From NCBI GenBank assembly GCA_051530055.1, contig JBMGUZ010000020.1, positions 1 through 42,618 of the forward strand: a stretch of DNA of 42,618 nt, read 5' to 3'. Origin of the DNA: Neoechinorhynchus agilis (lineage: Eukaryota > Animalia > Acanthocephala). The notes beneath the pieces are model-generated. The model did no database searches and was not told where the DNA came from. It saw only the letters and a program-made list of their open reading frames with translations. Shown here one piece after another: positions 38,679 to 42,618 of the stretch (positions are counted from its first letter, which is position 1; each line of letters starts with the position of its first letter). The translations under genes were made by a program, and so were the position numbers.

Positions 38679-41336
38679 ATGCTTTATATTTTCGAGGTTA
38701 TCAGAGGGATTATGCACTCATACGACTTTGAACCTGGAGACGGTTCTAATCTTATATTTACAAAGTACGAACTTATCTAAAGTTTATTTTTACTCCAATT
38801 CCTCATAGTATTAAGCACATAAAATCGCTATTGGAAAACGATACCTGCATACAAAGAGATCAACAAGTACTGTTGATTAGTGGTGGTTATTTGGTGTTGG
38901 ACGAAGACAAGATATGTGAACTTGGAGCGGGAACGGACGACAATCCGATTTTCTTGTTTTCAACGAACCTTCTCAACTTGAATGAATTAGAAAGCGAAGT
39001 GTCGCTTTGTGAACAGCACGTCTTCGAGCGTGAAATACGGCACTGCTTGAATGAAAAGCCATCAGTTAACTGTGTGAAGTACAGATATGAGATTATGTGT
39101 GGAATTCGAGAGGATATTTACATACTTTCAAACGAATGCGATAGCCTTCTGCGCGATCAGCATCTACAATTAAAGGAAATTGGATCTTCCTGGGGTAGTC
39201 TTAAAGGTGGAATCGGTTTCACACACAAGGGTGGATGACTGCCTTAGCGAACCTTGATGATTTTATAGATTCATGTTTGGGTTTGGTAGAGACAATGACT
39301 TCGGAGTTAGAAGATGATGTGGAATTGAAGGAGGAGAAAGACGTTCTTCTAGTAGTTAAGCAATTAAAATCACAAAAATTTCCCAAATCTGTCAGGGAAG
39401 CTTTATCGCTGGATGAATCTTTTGAAAATGCATTTGACTTAATCAGCAGTCATGTAAGTATTGGACAATGGAACTCAAGTTGTTTCATGCTATTAGAATT
39501 TAGTTCAAGTCAACGACTGAAATAGATTTGACGGAATATTTGAAACTGTCAGATTCAGGAACGTTTTCAAAATGTTTAAAAGAGGTGAGCTCCGCTAAAT
39601 AAAAACTAACATTTCTGGTACTCGTCCCTTAAAGTGTTATATACGATTCTATGGCGCTACTTCGAAACATAATTTTGTTTTCTTATCCCCGTTCGATTAC
39701 GTATCTGCTCCTGTGAAACGGATCATCGAGTCAAATGTTTTTAATAATCGAACTGCTTATACTGAATAGACTAACCAAAGTGTAATTTTAGATTAGTCAA
39801 AGTCAAATCACCGATCGATTTAAGTCAATTAAGGATTTACTTCATGGAGTAAATACATCACCTGACAAGAAGTTGGATAATATAGAAGATGAGTTGACCG
39901 AACTTCAAGTGGCCGTATAAAAATCGAAGGTCGTCTCAAGTAAGCGTAGATATTTTTTTAAAACCATGAGCCGCTTTATTTATTGACATAAACGAAAATT
40001 AGAAAATTTTTGTCTTCCTATTTGTGTACTATCATTAATTTGTTGCTTAACTTAAGAACTGCTTAAGGTCCTTGTGTGGAACTCTCGTATTTTCTCTTCT
40101 TTTTTTATAGCTTCGATCGAAAAAATGATTATACCCACATCAAAGATGCATTCAACAGTTCAGGGCAATATTCTTTCTTCAAAAAATAAAGTAAATTGAG
40201 TTTAACACTTGCAGAACCTACATGATTTATAAACTTCTTCTGAAAAGAAAGTCCAGTATCAATAGAAATGCAGGTATTAGGATTTTAGTGTAAGATTCAA
40301 AAAAAATTGTTTAGCCTCCTATTTGAACGACCTTGGATGAGTAGACAATGTTCACAAATTTCTTGACCGATCTACAGAATACGAACAAAGTATTAGAACG
40401 TCAATGGAACGAATTTTGGACGATTTGAGTATTCAGAAAGATAGCGCATTCATGTATGATGTTTGTGAAAAGTTTCATAAGATAGCATTGGCGGAAGTTG
40501 AGAAAATGCTTAGTTATGCTCGTGAAGTTCATTTCTCCGTTCAGAGATCCAAGGAAAAGCTTATTCGTCTATTGAATACCAAATTACGATGGCTAATTAA
40601 CTGCGAGCATGATATTTATAAGTGCGATACAGATGTAAGGATGTTGGTTGCTACACGAGACCGATTGCGAAGTCGAGTAAAGTTCATCGACCAGTTTTTG
40701 TCATGTCCACGATTAATTGAAGGCATACTCCAGGAAGCAGAGAGAAGGAAAATGGTAATTTGTCAGGTCAAACGCATTTTTGGCAAAATAGCGCCTATTT
40801 TACAAGACATACGACTGGATGATGAGGAGCGAAGGAGCGAATTCGAGGCGAAAATCAAAAATCACTTTATTAAAAATATATTCGAGCTTAAAATCTTTCA
40901 ATATCCTGAGCATATATGGTGGCATTTTTGTGTGTGTTCTTAAAAACAAACAAAAATACGCATAAAGATGATAATGGACGCGAGTGGAGAGTTGCAGAAA
41001 GACCGTCCAATAGAATCATTTCGTGTCTGTAGTAATGAAAAGGTAGCAATTGTACGTTGTTGCATCTCTTCACAAATCGAAAACTCGAAATGGAGTACTC
41101 AACTAAGTGCTCTTCGTTACAGGATTTGTGTTGATGCAGATCTACCACATTTTCTGGACAATGAAAAATCGTGGAAGATCGCTAAATGTTTTCAAGAATC
41201 CTCAACAATTGTGTACATCTTTGGTCGCGTAATTAGTTCAGTTAAATGTCGAATAACTCACAGTGGAGCGAATATTCACGATCTTAAGACTGGATCCATA
41301 TTTTTCCTTGTACATTGCGAGCCGTGGGAGGACTGA
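38679..41336 (+). CDS. RB1CC1: FIP200/RB1CC1 (ATG11/ATG17-like autophagy scaffold), short form of about 650-665 aa
   Basis: MLYIFEV.RG, QQVLLISGG...ICELGAGTDDNPIFLF (human CTYSAGTDTNPIFLF), CDSLLRDQHLQLK..GWMTALANLDD, KDSAFMYDVC, LNTKLRWL, EAERRKM, and Claw-like YIFGRVISSVKC...LKTGSIFFLVHCEPW. Clean GT-AG introns at 38765-38808, 39454-39503 and 39585-39791; several other junctions are irregular (see findings). Confidence 0.9.
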
Positions 41337-42618
41337 GAGTTACACGGTTAAGTAAAACTCTATATCCAAATATATAAATAACCTTACCTGTTATAGCGCA
41401 AAAATTCAACATTTTGTGCGCTAAAGACGCGACATATTGACTAACTAGACAAGACTGACAAGGTTGACGCAGTCTTTTATTGATTGATCTATTCTTCCAC
41501 TCAAAAAAGATAACAGTATGGTTGAACGTATAGTTGAAAGATGCCCGCGCGTCATGGGGTCCAAATGTCTGCTCCGAAATTTTAAAAATATAACTTTTCT
41601 ATCATATAATACTTTTCTTCACAACGTTCAGGATTAAATAGAACTGTGTTTTTAAACTTTATTAAAATTGAATTGTTAGTTTATAGGCAAGAAAGTGTTT
41701 TTTTTCGATACGAAACCTCACTGCAATTTCACTGATTTAAGAGCTCAACAATGTTTTATTTCATTTGAGTGAAAATTTCTAGACGCTAAAATAAAACGGT
41801 GAGTTGTAAAATAATTTTTGTTTGTCGCTAACGGAAACCTCGTGTTTATGTGTACGGCAACATTTAATCGTTGAATAAGCATGTTTTAAGAGAATTAAAT
41901 GAGAAAAAAATAACATACAATTGTTGTGATAAGGTTGATAATTAAAACTTCTATCGATCTTATTGCTTAACAAAATACAAAGAAAATAAAATTATCGATA
42001 TTGTAAAAGGTTATTGCAAGTAGATGATTTTTGTATCTCTATCAATTGTTTCTTCCAACAACTAAAAATATTTCTTGCATATTTTCTGGGCATTTTTATT
42101 ATTTATCCCCAATCCTAACTAATATGAGTTTTTAATTCCCAATGCACGATTTAATTGCAATATATTCACTGCTTAATTGCACAAAAGGAGCCACATAATG
42201 TTCGTTAAGACAGCAGCATAGCTTCACAGCTATAAATCATTATGGTCGTTATCTGACAGGTCGATCATTTTAACAAGTTAAATATCACTCAAAAACGCAG
42301 AAATTTCATAGTCTTAATAGTTTAAACAGAATAAGTACTTTAATTTAACATTCCCAAGCTCGAATAGTTTAGTTTTTTTGAATAAAAAAATCAGAGATAA
42401 TCAAATGGATATTTAAGTGGAAAAAAATTGCAAAATGGATTTTTAGACTTTGAAAGCGAACTTTGGCCTGATAACGATTTATTAATCAAAGGCTTCACTT
42501 CTTATCATGGTTTTAAAGATTGATGTTTAGAGTTGCTTTTAAAAGTAGTAAGAGAATACAAACCCCATGTGACCAACAAGAGCTGTTGAACTGCTCAAAC
42601 TATTTTTAACATATTTAT

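Noticed and set aside
3955-40340. Genome-wide reassignment of TGA, or selenocysteine, to explain internal stops
   Set aside because: eIF4A, Rubicon and FIP200 all end at TGA at their expected C-termini, and paralog B's TGA is out of frame with its upstream exon.
1624-40967. Ribosomal bypassing (T4 gene 60/byps-like) over the hairpins
   Set aside because: Matched take-off and landing codons can be found at some sites (AAG/AAG in paralog B, GTC/GTT, ATA/ATA) but not at the best-anchored FIP200 site, all sites end in AG, and I know no nuclear precedent. Revisit only if the mRNAs prove unspliced.
41400-42618. Possible transposon remnant and short ORF 41779-41973
   Set aside because: AT-rich sequence with only 8-bp inverted matches and no coding signature.

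Overview
Eukaryotic, most likely animal, nuclear DNA from a compact AT-rich genome with short (about 43-50 nt) GT-AG introns; the organism cannot be identified from the sequence. Left gene-dense block (1-9.9 kb): a decayed RTE-like non-LTR retrotransposon, a short Rubicon-family gene, two tandem paralogous single-pass membrane-protein genes, an unknown gene, an intronless eIF4A, a 127-bp MITE-like foldback and UBL5/Hub1. Middle (about 9902-37986): a 28-kb tandem satellite of about 150 monomers of about 186-187 bp, each an imperfect palindrome, with higher-order duplications. Right block: an unknown ORF and a much shortened FIP200/RB1CC1 (N-terminal domain joined almost directly to the Claw). 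Most notable pattern: at seven coding junctions in five genes the frame is broken or carries a stop, no strong GT(A/G)AG donor restores it, and each junction contains a 40-50 nt RNA hairpin followed by an AG. In the two paralogs the hairpin is conserved with compensatory and G-U changes. This suggests a structure-defined class of non-canonical or weak-donor introns, but exact splice sites are ambiguous without RNA data and assembly error is not excluded. Homolog comparisons are from memory, not from database searches.
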